In this document: positions 10,246 to 20,715 of the stretch, piece after piece
Layout: each line of letters starts with the position of its first letter
Numbering within the stretch: position 1 is the first letter of the stretch
DNA from: an uncultured virus (IMG/VR IMGVR_UViG_3300028048_000078)
Lineage: Duplodnaviria; Heunggongvirae; Uroviricota; Caudoviricetes
Virus record (IMG/VR): IMGVR_UViG_3300028048_000078
Reading direction: 5' to 3' (one strand)
DNA: 64,000 nt
Position numbers and translations under genes: made by a program
Notes under the pieces: generated by a model
Told to the model about the DNA's origin: nothing
The model's input: only the letters and a program-made list of their open reading frames with translations
Databases searched by the model: none

Positions 10246-10947
10246 GTGGATTACGAATACAAGTACACTGAAAATTGTTGGTTTAAGGGTAGTTGTCCTA
10301 GAGAAGCAAAACAAGGTTGCGACCCTAATTGCAATATTCAAGCAGAGTTCAGTTATTTATTGAATACTAGCAATATTCCAAAGGATTACATGAAGAGTGT
10401 AACTCTATATCCAGATGATGCAGATTATGAAGCTTTCAAAACTTTGGCTACAATTAAGCAAGATATTGAGTCATTTGTTGATGAGGGTAGATTCTTATAT
10501 ATTTGGGGTAAATCCACAGGCACAGGCAAGACGAACTGGAGTACAAAGTTACTTAAGACTTACTTGGCTGTTAAGTGTGTAGGAAACAATTTTGCTGATA
10601 GAGGTTGGTTTGAGTATGTTCCTTCATTCTTACTTTTAGCTAAAGAGTTTGAGAATCCCGAAGTAAGAAAAGAACATATAGATAATACTATGAAGAGAGA
10701 CTTAGTAATTCTTGACGATATTGGGGCGGTTCAGAATAGTAACTATGATATATCTACTTTAAGTAATATTATTGATTATAGATATTCTAATGGATTAGCT
10801 ACAATCATTACAGGAAATATTGAGCCAGCTAAATTGGAAAGCTCTATTGGTGTGAGATTGGCTGATAGAGTACTTAGCGATATTGCTATTGAGTTTAAGG
10901 GAGGTAGCAATAGAACTTTTACTAATACTTATACTAGAAAGGGATAA
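10246..10947 (+). CDS. DnaC/IstB-like AAA+ helicase loader
   Basis: Walker A GKSTGTGKT, Walker B LVILDDIG, IIDYRY, TIITGN, RLADR; directly upstream of the helicase. Confidence 0.88.
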   Translation: MDYEYKYTENCWFKGSCPREAKQGCDPNCNIQAEFSYLLNTSNIPKDYMKSVTLYPDDADYEAFKTLATIKQDIESFVDEGRFLYIWGKSTGTGKTNWSTKLLKTYLAVKCVGNNFADRGWFEYVPSFLLLAKEFENPEVRKEHIDNTMKRDLVILDDIGAVQNSNYDISTLSNIIDYRYSNGLATIITGNIEPAKLESSIGVRLADRVLSDIAIEFKGGSNRTFTNTYTRKG

Positions 10948-10949
10948 AT

Positions 10950-12239
10950 ATGGGAATTAGTGAGTACCAGTTAATTAATAAGGTATTAGACACAAAAAAC
11001 TATAATATTGTTTTAGATAACTACATTACAAGTGAAGATTTTGACCAAGCTAGTAAAGAGTTTGCTTATATTGATGCTTTCTATAAAGAGTATAAATGCG
11101 TACCAGACAAAGAAACATTTACAAGTAAGTTTCCAGACTTTGAGTATTTTACAGTAGAGCAATCAGATGTATCTATTGTAGACGATATTAAGGAAAAGAC
11201 ACTCTTTAAGAGAGCAGTAAGAATTATCAACAAGAGTTCAGAAATCTTTACAAGAGATGCTAATGATGGTGCAAAGTATTTACTTAATCATATAGATGAG
11301 TTAAGGCCACAGTGTAGATTTTCCTGCACTGATGTTATAGCACATGCAGATGAACAATATAAGGCTTATGAAAAGCGTGTTAATAACCAAGATAATGAGT
11401 ATGTTGATATGCCATTTAAGGAGATACAGGAAGATATGTTCGGTTTTAAACGAGGCGAGGAATTGTTCTTGTTTGTAGCTAAATCTTCCACAGGTAAATC
11501 TCAGATACTTAGTTGTTGTATTGGTTGTGCTATGAATCAAGGTCTTAGGGTTGGTGTGATTAGTCCAGAGATGAGTAAAGAAGCTTTATTTATGCGTATT
11601 GCTTCTTATGATGAGCATTTTGATAATATGGCTTTACAAAAGGGCTTACCTGTTAAAGGCTATAGAGAATACACAGAGAGACTTGTTAATAGCGGTAATC
11701 ATGTATTCATAGCTGATAGAAGAAGCTTTGATGGTAAAGATATTACTATGGGAGCAGTTAAAGAGTTTATTGAGAAAATGAAGCTTGACATTTTGTTTGT
11801 AGATGGTATAAAATATGTTAGACCATCTTGTGATACTAGAGGAATGTCAGAAGCTAAAGTATTGGGTGAGGTTTGTGCAGACCTACTTAATTTCTCAGAG
11901 CTTTACCAAATTCCTGTAGTTGGTGTAGCACAGGCTAGACGAAGAAGTAATGAAAATAAGGGTGATGGAGATAACACACTTGATAGTGAAAGTGTATATG
12001 ATTCTTATCAGATTACTCAGAATTGTTCTCGTATGATTACTATGTGGAAGAAGGGTAATGCACTTAACTTCCATATAGCTAAAAATAGATATGGTATTGA
12101 TGGTAAAACTTATGTTTATACCTATGATTATAATAGAATGTATTTTAATTATATTCCTCAGTTAGAGGATTTATGTAATACTGAAGAACAAAAAGCAGAG
12201 ATTGAGGAGACGAAAGAGAACTTTAAGAATGTTTTTTAG
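10950..12239 (+). CDS. dnaB: DnaB-like replicative helicase
   Basis: AKSSTGKS Walker A, SPEMS, FVDGI, PVVGVAQ, KNRYG. Confidence 0.9.
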   Translation: MGISEYQLINKVLDTKNYNIVLDNYITSEDFDQASKEFAYIDAFYKEYKCVPDKETFTSKFPDFEYFTVEQSDVSIVDDIKEKTLFKRAVRIINKSSEIFTRDANDGAKYLLNHIDELRPQCRFSCTDVIAHADEQYKAYEKRVNNQDNEYVDMPFKEIQEDMFGFKRGEELFLFVAKSSTGKSQILSCCIGCAMNQGLRVGVISPEMSKEALFMRIASYDEHFDNMALQKGLPVKGYREYTERLVNSGNHVFIADRRSFDGKDITMGAVKEFIEKMKLDILFVDGIKYVRPSCDTRGMSEAKVLGEVCADLLNFSELYQIPVVGVAQARRRSNENKGDGDNTLDSESVYDSYQITQNCSRMITMWKKGNALNFHIAKNRYGIDGKTYVYTYDYNRMYFNYIPQLEDLCNTEEQKAEIEETKENFKNVF

Positions 12240-12591
12240 GGGTGTGATACTTTGAGTGGAGTACAAGGACAGAAATGGCCTGTATACAAAACAAGACGAA
12301 GAAGAGCAGTAAGGTTTTTAACTGCCGAAAGAAACGCCCTTAATAGAGAGGCTGTCTTTAAGGAAGAGAAGGAAAGAGTGAAACAGTATGACGAAACCAT
12401 TGATTTCTTAAATGCGTTAGACTTCAATGAGTATGCTAAAGTGTGTCCAATGTGTAAGAAACCATTTTATGCTATAGCAGAAGTTGACCCAGTTTGTTTC
12501 AATGGTGTGGGTGATGCTGACCCTTATTGGGTGGGGTTGATTCATAAATTAAGAATTAGCCATTGTTATGAATGTGGATTCACTACAGTAG

Positions 12592-12834
12592 ATGGCTTCT
12601 AAGGTGGTGAGGGCGTTGCAGAACATAGATATTGATAAAATTAATGTTGGTGATTTAATTGTAATTTTAGCACTATCTATTACATTGTTTGCAAGTGTTT
12701 GGTTTAATATGAATGAGCTTAGTATGAGTATTGCTAGTGGTTTATTAGGTTATATTGGTGGTACTACTAAGCACATGGGAAGTAATAGTAATGAGACAGA
12801 TGATGTTGTGATTGTAACAAAGAAGGAGAAGTAA
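12592..12834 (+). CDS. small two-TM membrane protein, putative holin
   Basis: Two hydrophobic segments (DLIVILALSITLFASVWF; ELSMSIASGLLGYIGG) and charged C-terminus; the holin role is inference. Confidence 0.5.
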   Translation: MASKVVRALQNIDIDKINVGDLIVILALSITLFASVWFNMNELSMSIASGLLGYIGGTTKHMGSNSNETDDVVIVTKKEK

Positions 12835-12837
12835 TTT

Positions 12838-13869
12838 ATGTTCATGTTGGGGGATATTCCTATTTTAAGTAGTGTATATGATATATTGTTGACCTTAAAG
12901 GCAGAGCTACAAGAGAATAATATCCCCCTATTGAAGGATATAAATGCACCTGCCTATGAGGGGCAAGATATTCAGATAACTTGCCCATTTCATAAGAATG
13001 GACAGGAAAGTAAGCCTTCTTGTGGAGTCACTACAAGAGAGTTTAAGCGTGGCGGTAGAGTCATTAAGGCAGGAACAGCTAATTGTTTTTCTTGTAAGAC
13101 TCACATGGAGTTACCAAACTTGATTTCATTTTGTTTTGGTAAAGATGATGATGGAGTATTTGGGGAACATTGGTTACTTGAACATTTTAACGATTACGAA
13201 TATGAGGACAGAGGTAAATTCTTTAATCGGATAAATCCGAGTCGAGAAGAGCCGACTGAGAAAGTTGAGTATATCTCAGAAGAAGAATTGGCCTCTTATA
13301 GATACTACCACCCATATATGTACAAAAGGCATTTAACAGATGATATTATTGAGAAGTTTGATATAGGATTTCAGAAACAATTTCAGATGCATGATGGGCT
13401 GAAACCTTTTGATTGTATAACATTTCCAGTAAAGGATATGAGTGGCAGGGTAGTATTTGTGGCAAGAAGAGCTATTAATAGTAAAATTTTTCATTATGAT
13501 GCAGGAGTAAATAAGTCATTGACTTACTTATATGAAGCAAAACAGATGTTTCCAGAGTCTACTGAGTTATGGCTTTGTGAGAGTATGTTAAACGCATTGA
13601 TGTTATTCAAGTGGGGTAAACCTGCAATAGCATTATTGGGCACAGGCTCTAAGCAACAGATAGATGAATTGAAACATCTTGATTATAGAAAATATGTTCT
13701 ATGCTTAGATAATGATGATGCTGGCCAAAGAGGAAGTGAGAAGCTTTCAAAGACACTTAGTAACTATAAGCTTATAGAGAATTTAACTACACCAAATGGA
13801 TATGATGTAAATGATTTAGGTACATTAGAAAATTTTGAAGAATTTAGAAAAAAATTGTTGACAAGATGA
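12838..13869 (+). CDS. dnaG: DNA primase (zinc finger + TOPRIM)
   Basis: CPFH...CFSC zinc finger, ITFP, CES..NAL, ALLG, LDNDDAG, DVND. Confidence 0.92.
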   Translation: MFMLGDIPILSSVYDILLTLKAELQENNIPLLKDINAPAYEGQDIQITCPFHKNGQESKPSCGVTTREFKRGGRVIKAGTANCFSCKTHMELPNLISFCFGKDDDGVFGEHWLLEHFNDYEYEDRGKFFNRINPSREEPTEKVEYISEEELASYRYYHPYMYKRHLTDDIIEKFDIGFQKQFQMHDGLKPFDCITFPVKDMSGRVVFVARRAINSKIFHYDAGVNKSLTYLYEAKQMFPESTELWLCESMLNALMLFKWGKPAIALLGTGSKQQIDELKHLDYRKYVLCLDNDDAGQRGSEKLSKTLSNYKLIENLTTPNGYDVNDLGTLENFEEFRKKLLTR

Positions 13870-13948
13870 TTAAGTTATGGTAAAATAAGAAATAGCTCAG
13901 AAGTAGCTAATAAGTAAATGACAAAGAAAGATATGAGGTACAAAATTT

Positions 13949-14728
13949 ATGAGAATGAATTTAAGCGAAGCTATGGAAGTATTGGCACAGCAGCAGGCAA
14001 ATGCAGAGAACAACAATGGTGGTAAGTATGTAAATGAGTTCCGTCTTAAGGGTGATGGCAACCATACTATCATTAAACCACTTGTAGAGGATTTGAATGA
14101 TGTTGAGGTACATTCCGTACATAAGGTGCGTATGGTGAGCAAGAACGGTAAGAGCTATAGTATTAATGTCGACTGTTTAGGAAATAATTGCCCACTTTGT
14201 AAGGAAGCTCCTAACCATGTAGATGAGAAGTATCCAACTGTACCATTTGTAACTAAGGCAAAGACTATGGTAACTATTCCTCTTATTCGTTTGTATGACA
14301 ATGATGGTAAGAGAGAGCCTAGTTATGAGTTGCTTAATTGGAGTGCTTGGATGTACAAGAAGGTTGCTCCACAGTTTATGCGTATGAAGCCATTTGCTAG
14401 ACCAATGGAGCTTCTGCGTACTGGTGCCTCTACAGATACATCTTATAGTGCTTTCCCTATGGATACTGATTTTGAGGGTGGCGAACTTACCGAACTTAAT
14501 GGTACTGTAGCTGAACTTAAGTCTAAGTACGAGGTTAAGGACGATGATATTATTGGTCGTGGTGACTCTTTCATTCGCTCTTGGACAGCAGAGCAGATGG
14601 AGCAGTTTATCTCCACAGGTGCTTATCCAAATGCAGGTGGTGGCAATACTAGTTCTACATCAACTGATGTTCCAGCACAGCAGGAGACAGCTCCACAGCC
14701 TAGACAGAGAGTAAATCACGGTTTCTAA
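13949..14728 (+). CDS. gp32-like single-stranded DNA-binding protein
   Basis: F.LK.DG, H...C...CPLC zinc site, low-complexity C-terminal tail; lies between primase and polymerase with its own promoter and terminator. Confidence 0.7.
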   Translation: MRMNLSEAMEVLAQQQANAENNNGGKYVNEFRLKGDGNHTIIKPLVEDLNDVEVHSVHKVRMVSKNGKSYSINVDCLGNNCPLCKEAPNHVDEKYPTVPFVTKAKTMVTIPLIRLYDNDGKREPSYELLNWSAWMYKKVAPQFMRMKPFARPMELLRTGASTDTSYSAFPMDTDFEGGELTELNGTVAELKSKYEVKDDDIIGRGDSFIRSWTAEQMEQFISTGAYPNAGGGNTSSTSTDVPAQQETAPQPRQRVNHGF

Positions 14729-14818
14729 TAAATTAAAAACAATTAAGGGAAGGATAATAAAGTCCTTTCCTTTTTTGTTATTTTGTGGTATAATAAAGCC
14801 ATGAAAGGTGGTGGCAAC

Positions 14819-15151
14819 TTGGACATTCATTTATATGCTTATAAAGTACCTAAGAGTGCTTACATTAGTGATACTAGAATTGATGAATTTACAGACTTTA
14901 ATGAATTTGCTTATTGGAAAAATCATCAAGAATTGTATATGTGGTTTGAAGATTTATGGGCAGAAAAGGGTGGAGTCAGAACAGACTTTAATTGTGAATT
15001 CGTTGTAGTTACAAGAGAAGATATTTTTAAGCTTATAGACACACTTCCATTTGAGAATAAAGAATGGGATGAGGAAGATAAGCTATTTTGTATGAATACT
15101 TTAGAAGCAATAAAAGAGGGTTGGTTGGTGGTATTCAGCCCATCATGGTAA
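14819..15151 (+). CDS. conserved phage hypothetical protein
   Basis: YWKNH..L..WF, DFNC..V.VT.EDI pattern; probable TTG start after GGTGG. Confidence 0.6.
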   Translation: MDIHLYAYKVPKSAYISDTRIDEFTDFNEFAYWKNHQELYMWFEDLWAEKGGVRTDFNCEFVVVTREDIFKLIDTLPFENKEWDEEDKLFCMNTLEAIKEGWLVVFSPSW

Positions 15152-15160
15152 GGAGATTGT

Positions 15161-18100
15161 ATGTTATTTAATTTACCTACAAGAAATGAACCTACAGTTG
15201 ATGATATTATCAGAAAGGCTCACACAAAGAAAGAATATAAACCAAAAGTTAAGGTTAAGGGCGGTACTTTATCTGATAAAATTAGAGCTATTTGTGATAA
15301 GGTAAAGCAGAATTTGGGTGATGTTCAATATAGACTCATTACAAAAGATGAAGATTTTATTGATTACTGTAAGAAAGCTATAGGTTGTGAATTTGTATCC
15401 TTAGATACAGAGACAGATGGTGTAGATACTATGCTTGTTAATCTAGTTGGTGTATGTATTAAATCAACTAATCAAGATAGTGTATATGTACCAGTAGGAC
15501 ATATTTCAGCTATTACTGAGGAATTATTAGATGAACAAGTAAGTAAGAAAGCTATTCATGATGGCTTACAGTTACTTATAGACAACAACACAAAATTTGT
15601 GTTTCATAATGCTTATTTTGATATTGTATTGCTTCACAACCAAGTAAATGTAGACATTAAAGCATGGTTTGATACACTTATAGCTTCACAGTTGCTTAAT
15701 GAAAATGAGCCACATGGTTTGAAACAGCTTTATGCTAAGTATTGTGCTAATACTGACGAATATCATAAATTTGGTGAGTTGTTTGATGGAATACCTATTA
15801 GTTATATTCCACCACAGATAGCAGGATATTATGGACAGTTTGATACAGTACAAACAGAAGCTTTATGTAGATTTCAATTACCTTACTTAACTGTAGGAAC
15901 AGAAGAGTGTAAAGAGTATAATTTAGAGAGAGTAGCTAAGTTGTTCTGGGAAGATGAGATGCCTTTGGTTGAGGTATTAGTTGCTATGAAGCTTACAGGC
16001 ATTGAGTTTGATTTTAAGCAAGCAGAAGTCCTTAAGAAGAAGTATGGTAAACTTAGAGATGAGGCAGAGATTAAATTTAATCAAGCTACAGAGCCTATTA
16101 GGGGTGGTATTGATAAGTACAATTTCATTCATAAAGATAAACCTATTCCTTATCCTGTAAATTATAATAGCCCAGACCAAATGAAAGCTATATTTTATGA
16201 TATTTGTGGTTTACCTAAAGACTATTATAGAAAGAAGCCTGGGGCAACAGGAAAAGAAGTAAGAGAGTCTATCTTAGCTGATAAGAACTTAAAGAATAAA
16301 CCTATCTATAAGATAGTAGAAACTTTAACAGAAGTTAAAATGTATGATAAAGCTATAAGTGGTTTTGTAGAAAAACTAACAAATGATGCAATAGAACATG
16401 GGGGTAAAATCTACTGTAATATAAATCAGTGTGGAGTTGATTGCATTACTGCGGATTCCCTTATAATTACTGACAGTGGGTATTATCCTATTGGAACTAT
16501 AATAGATGATGATTTTGGGGATATGAATATTGTTAATAGGTATGGCGAGTATGAAACTACTGGTGGATGTGTCAAGTTTACAGATAGTAATACTGTAAAA
16601 ATGACTACAGTATATGGTTTTACTTTAGAGGGTACACCAAATCATCCTATACTCAATGATTGCAGAGAGTTTGTTAAATTGGGTGACATAACCACAGATG
16701 ATTATGTATTCATTCCTTTAGGATATAATAAATTTACGACCAAGTATCATAAGCTCAATAAGGATATCCCATATAAAAAACTTTACGGCAAATCCTTAGA
16801 TATGTGGAATAATGCTCCAGACACCTTAAATGAGGATGTTGCATTATTAATGGGCATTTATCACGCTGATGGTTCAATTCATACAGCAAATGGAAGTTAT
16901 TCTATGCGTATTGAAAATCACAATGAGTATGCAATAGCAGGTATTGTAGAGGCATTAAAGCGTGTTGTTGGAGATAATGTAACCTATACAAAGAGCTATA
17001 ATAAGTCTTGGGATATGCAACGAAGTACCATGACGATTAGTGGAATAGGCATTAGTTGGTTAGATAAGTATATAAAACATGGTGCAAAGAATAAGGTGAT
17101 ACCGAAAGAGATATACACATCACCAAAGTCGGTTATCTTAGCTTATATTAAGGGATTAACCTTAGATAGCAGTTTTGGTAGAGATAGACTTGTGATGAGT
17201 GTGTACAATAAGCAAGATGCTTACTTTATTCAGTCTGTTTTGGCAAATATTGGAGTATTAGCAGGTGTAAGGTCAGCTAAGAATAAGGGAGATTGGTTTG
17301 GTTATAAAGTAACTATAGGATATGATGATTATAATAAGTTTATGCATGAGGTAGGTTGTATGTATGATTATCCTATGAAAGTAAATAAGCGGTCACGCTA
17401 TGTTGATGCTAAAAGAGTAGATGATGGTATTTATGTTAAGGTTAAACATATAGCACAAGGTAAAGCTGATGTGTATGATTTCAAAGTACCAAGAACACAT
17501 AGTTTTATATCAAACGCTATTGTATCACATAATACAGGTAGGCTTTCTTCAAGTGAACCTAACTTACAGCAGATACCATCGAAGCTTGGGGATATTAGAA
17601 CTATGTTCAGAGCAGGAGATGGTTGTGTATTTGTTAATTGTGACTTCTCAAAACAAGAGCCATGTATATTAGCATCAGCCAGTCAAGACCCTAAGTTAAT
17701 CGAAGTATTCCATAGTGGCTTAGATATTTATGGTAAGATTGCTAGTATGATGTATGATATGCCTTATGAGGAATGTTTAGAGTTTTATCCAGATGGAACT
17801 ACTAATCATGAGGGTAAAAACAGGCGTTCAGCAGCCAAGAAGGTAACATTGTCGATAATGTACTCAAAGGGTGTAAAATCCTTATCAGAGGACATACATT
17901 GTACAGTAGAAAAGGCACAAGAGATTTATGATAGTGTATTAACTGCATTTCCTGTTATGGCTAGTTGGATGGAGCAAACTATTAAAGATGCTTATGCTAC
18001 AGGTATGATTGACAATATTTATGGTCGTAGAAGAAGATTACCAGACCTTCTTTTGCCTAAGTTTGAGTTTGATATTCCTTCTGATGAAGCTCATGTAGTA

Positions 18101-18361
18101 GACTTTTATAAAAAATTCTATACAGATAAACTCAGTAAGGTTTGGAAAGATGCTGATGTTAATAAAATAAAGAATGAAGCTAGGGATTATGGTATAATTA
18201 TTACAGATAATCGTAAAAAGATAGCTGAGTCTTATAGAAAGATTATAAATTTCTGTATTCAAAGTGGTGCAGCTGTAATAACTAAGAGAGCTATGCGTAA
18301 CATTTATAATAATAAACGATTAAGAGAATTAGGTGTGAAACTTATATTATCTGTACACGAT
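15161..18361 (+). CDS. polA: family A DNA polymerase, exon 1 (contains intein)
   Basis: ExoI DTETDG, ExoII FHNAYFD, TGRLSSSEPNLQQIP, motif A DFSKQE, motif B RSAAKKVTLSIMY, YGRRRRLP, NFCIQSGAA; ends LSVHD at the 5' splice site. Confidence 0.95.
16442..17533 (+). mobile_element. intein (364 aa) with LAGLIDADG endonuclease domain in polA
   Basis: Starts CITADSLI, block B GTPNHPI, LMGIYHADG and YIKGLTLDS endonuclease blocks, block F VYDFKVPRTHSF, ends VSHN, +1 residue Thr of TGRLSS. Confidence 0.95.
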
Positions 18362-18470
18362 AAGGAAACATGGAATTGTCGTGTCTAAACCTCTCGATAT
18401 GCTGGGAAGTATGAACGCAACACACTAAAGCAAAATGGGAAACCATAAGTGTAAATGTTTTAAAAAGTTG

Positions 18471-18499
18471 TTGCAATTTCACATAATATATTGTATAAT
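18471..18499 (+). promoter_or_regulatory. sigma70/sigmaA-type promoter inside the intron, driving the endonuclease
   Basis: TTGCAA-17 nt-TATAAT with a TG immediately before the -10; GGAG RBS at 18521 overlaps the Q element. Confidence 0.7.
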
Positions 18500-18533
18500 G
18501 TGAATATATATAATCAGCAGGGAGTGACTTAAT

Positions 18534-19154
18534 TTGTATAATAATAATGAAGAACAATTATTTTTATCTTCTAAAATTGGTGATGGACACTGTTATATAA
18601 GTAAACAAAATATAAATGCAAGAATTAGATATATGAGCGTTAATAAGGAATACCTACAATTTAAGAAGTCTATTATTGATTCTAGTGATTTTACTTGTAG
18701 TGAGATAAGAGTTAAAGATAATAGTAAAGGCTATAATAAACAAGGTATAATATATACATTAGATGTTTTTACTAACCCTAAACTTAACGGAATAAGTAAT
18801 TTAAGTAAACTAGAGGTGATTAAGAACTTAAACTATTTTGGGTTTTTAATTTACTACTTAGATGATGGGTCTTTTCACAAGTGTCGTAAGACTATGCACA
18901 TATATTGTAATAGCTTTAGTGCGGAAGAAGTAAGTGCATTACAAGATAAAGTATATGAACTTTTTCCATATAAGCGTTGTACAGTACATATTGATAAGAA
19001 AGCTGATGGTAGAGCTTACCCTTATCTGTATGTACCTAGAGTAACAGTAGAGGCCATTATAAGACAATATAGTGAGTTTATGTTAAATAATAAATACTTA
19101 CATAGTATGTTATACAAATTAGGTCTACCCTCACAGACTATCGAAAAGCAGTAA
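18534..19154 (+). CDS. intron-encoded double-motif LAGLIDADG homing endonuclease
   Basis: LSSKIGDG and LIYYLDDGS motifs; TTG start; lies in L6 and runs into P7. Confidence 0.88.
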   Translation: MYNNNEEQLFLSSKIGDGHCYISKQNINARIRYMSVNKEYLQFKKSIIDSSDFTCSEIRVKDNSKGYNKQGIIYTLDVFTNPKLNGISNLSKLEVIKNLNYFGFLIYYLDDGSFHKCRKTMHIYCNSFSAEEVSALQDKVYELFPYKRCTVHIDKKADGRAYPYLYVPRVTVEAIIRQYSEFMLNNKYLHSMLYKLGLPSQTIEKQ

Positions 19155-19268
19155 TATTACTGAACTTAGTAGAGTAGGGCAGTGTTGAAATACACTGTTC
19201 CGAAGTGGGAGGCACTACATATTGTAGTGAAGATATAGTCGAGTGCAATAATAAAATTGTACGAAAAG

Positions 19269-19460
19269 GAGTCCATGTGTATTATACCAAAAGAACATGC
19301 CTATGAAGCTTGTCAGATTATAGAGCAGTGTTCTATTGATGCAGGTAAGGGATTGCCTGTTGGTTTGTCTTGTGACTTAGCTATTACAGAGAATTGGTAT
19401 GGACAGGAATTTATGTTTGACGAAAACCATAAACTTATTCCTAAACCAGAACATGATTAA
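19269..19460 (+). CDS. polA: family A DNA polymerase, exon 2
   Basis: Starts GAG (Glu of HDE) right after the intron terminal G; ends with a PolA-like C-terminus (VGLSCDLAITENWYG); spliced precursor 1130 aa, 766 aa after intein removal. Confidence 0.92.
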   Translation, partial: ESMCIIPKEHAYEACQIIEQCSIDAGKGLPVGLSCDLAITENWYGQEFMFDENHKLIPKPEHD

Positions 19461-19516
19461 GGGTTGACAAATACCCTACAGTATGTTAAAATGTATACAT
19501 ACTGGGAGGGAGAACA

Positions 19517-20116
19517 ATGAAAGATAAAGCAACACAACTATTATTAACTGGTAGAATAGGTGATGGACACCTATACATTGATAGGAAGAATAAGGATGCT
19601 AGTGCTAAATTCTTTGGTATTATTGAGGATTATATTAAGTTTAAGCATGACATCTTAACTGATTATGGTATTACTTGCAGTGATGTTAAGGGTTATGTGA
19701 ATAAGGGAGCATATAAGACAGATAAGCCTTTATATGGTCTTTATGTTCACACTAACCCTAAGATTACTGAGGTATATAAAATGGATAGGTTAGATGTCAT
19801 TAAGAACTTAGATTACTTTGGGTTTTTGATTTATTTTCTTGATGATGGCTCTTTCCATAAGAAGGTTAAGGGTGCTAATCTTTATTGTAATAGCTTTAAT
19901 GCAGAAGAAATAGAAGCACTTAGGGAAAAGATTTTTGAGCTTTTTCCTGTAAAGTATAGCAGTGTGTGTGTAGATAGACGAAAGAATGGCAAATGCTATC
20001 CATATCTTTACATACATAAGGCTACAACAGAAGTAATAACTAACTATTATTATCAGTATATGGTTGATACTAATGAACTTCATAAGTTGACTTATAAGTT
20101 GGGGTTTATGGTTTAA
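19517..20116 (+). CDS. free-standing LAGLIDADG endonuclease, paralog of the intron-encoded enzyme
   Basis: LTGRIGDG and LIYFLDDGS motifs; own promoter (TTGACA 19464-17-TAAAAT) and GGAGG RBS. Confidence 0.88.
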   Translation: MKDKATQLLLTGRIGDGHLYIDRKNKDASAKFFGIIEDYIKFKHDILTDYGITCSDVKGYVNKGAYKTDKPLYGLYVHTNPKITEVYKMDRLDVIKNLDYFGFLIYFLDDGSFHKKVKGANLYCNSFNAEEIEALREKIFELFPVKYSSVCVDRRKNGKCYPYLYIHKATTEVITNYYYQYMVDTNELHKLTYKLGFMV

Positions 20117-20715
20117 GGGGTAGGAAAAAAATGAATAAAACAACATTATTTATTTATGCCACAATAATCGTAGTATTACTTATTGTTGGTGAAATTGTTT
20201 TACATTGGCAGAATGTTGAAGCTACTGTAAATCATGTTGAGTCAGAAATTGTTGTTATAAAGCTAGTTGATGAGCGATATAGAGTTGTTGAGTATGAAGG
20301 AGAATTGTATTGGCAATCTAAGGCTCATAGTTTTATGAATGGTGACTATTGGATTATGGGAGGAAAAGTGAAGTGAGATTATGTTACATTGATGATGAAG
20401 AGATGATTATGTACTTTACTGAAGCTGTTGGTGATGAAATTATTGCTGACGATTGGGATGACAGTCCTTATGAGCATAATGCTTCACCACCTTATGATGA
20501 GTTTGTTGAAGCAAGAATTGTATATAATGATTGCGGAGTTTTTAACTATCCTCGTACAGGTCATTTAAATTCACCTTATAGTGTTGATGATATTAATAAA
20601 GGTGCTATACCTTGGGTTTGGTATCGTAATCATGGAACATTAAAGGCTGGCCAAACAATAACAACAGTCAAAGATAAATTAGATGAATGGAATATACCAT
20701 ATAAGGAGTTTAAAC

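Larger units (their letters stand above)
18362..19268 (+). mobile_element. group I self-splicing intron (IA-like, 907 nt) in polA motif C
   Basis: P1 ACACGAT/GTCGTGT with U.G at the splice site; P10 ACATGGA/TCCATGT; P ATGCTGGGAA, Q AATCAGCAG, P7 GACTA(19136)/TAGTC(19236), P3 CCTCTC/GGGAGG, P7.1/P7.2, P8, P9; terminal G 19268; splicing restores HD|E. Confidence 0.95.

Noticed and set aside
18362..18388. polA looks truncated (stop at 18388), suggesting a pseudogene
   Set aside because: The stop lies inside a group I intron; splicing restores HDE and the C-terminus
19461..20130. Second group I intron around the free LAGLIDADG gene
   Set aside because: No P/Q/R/S core elements flank it, and polA already ends at 19460
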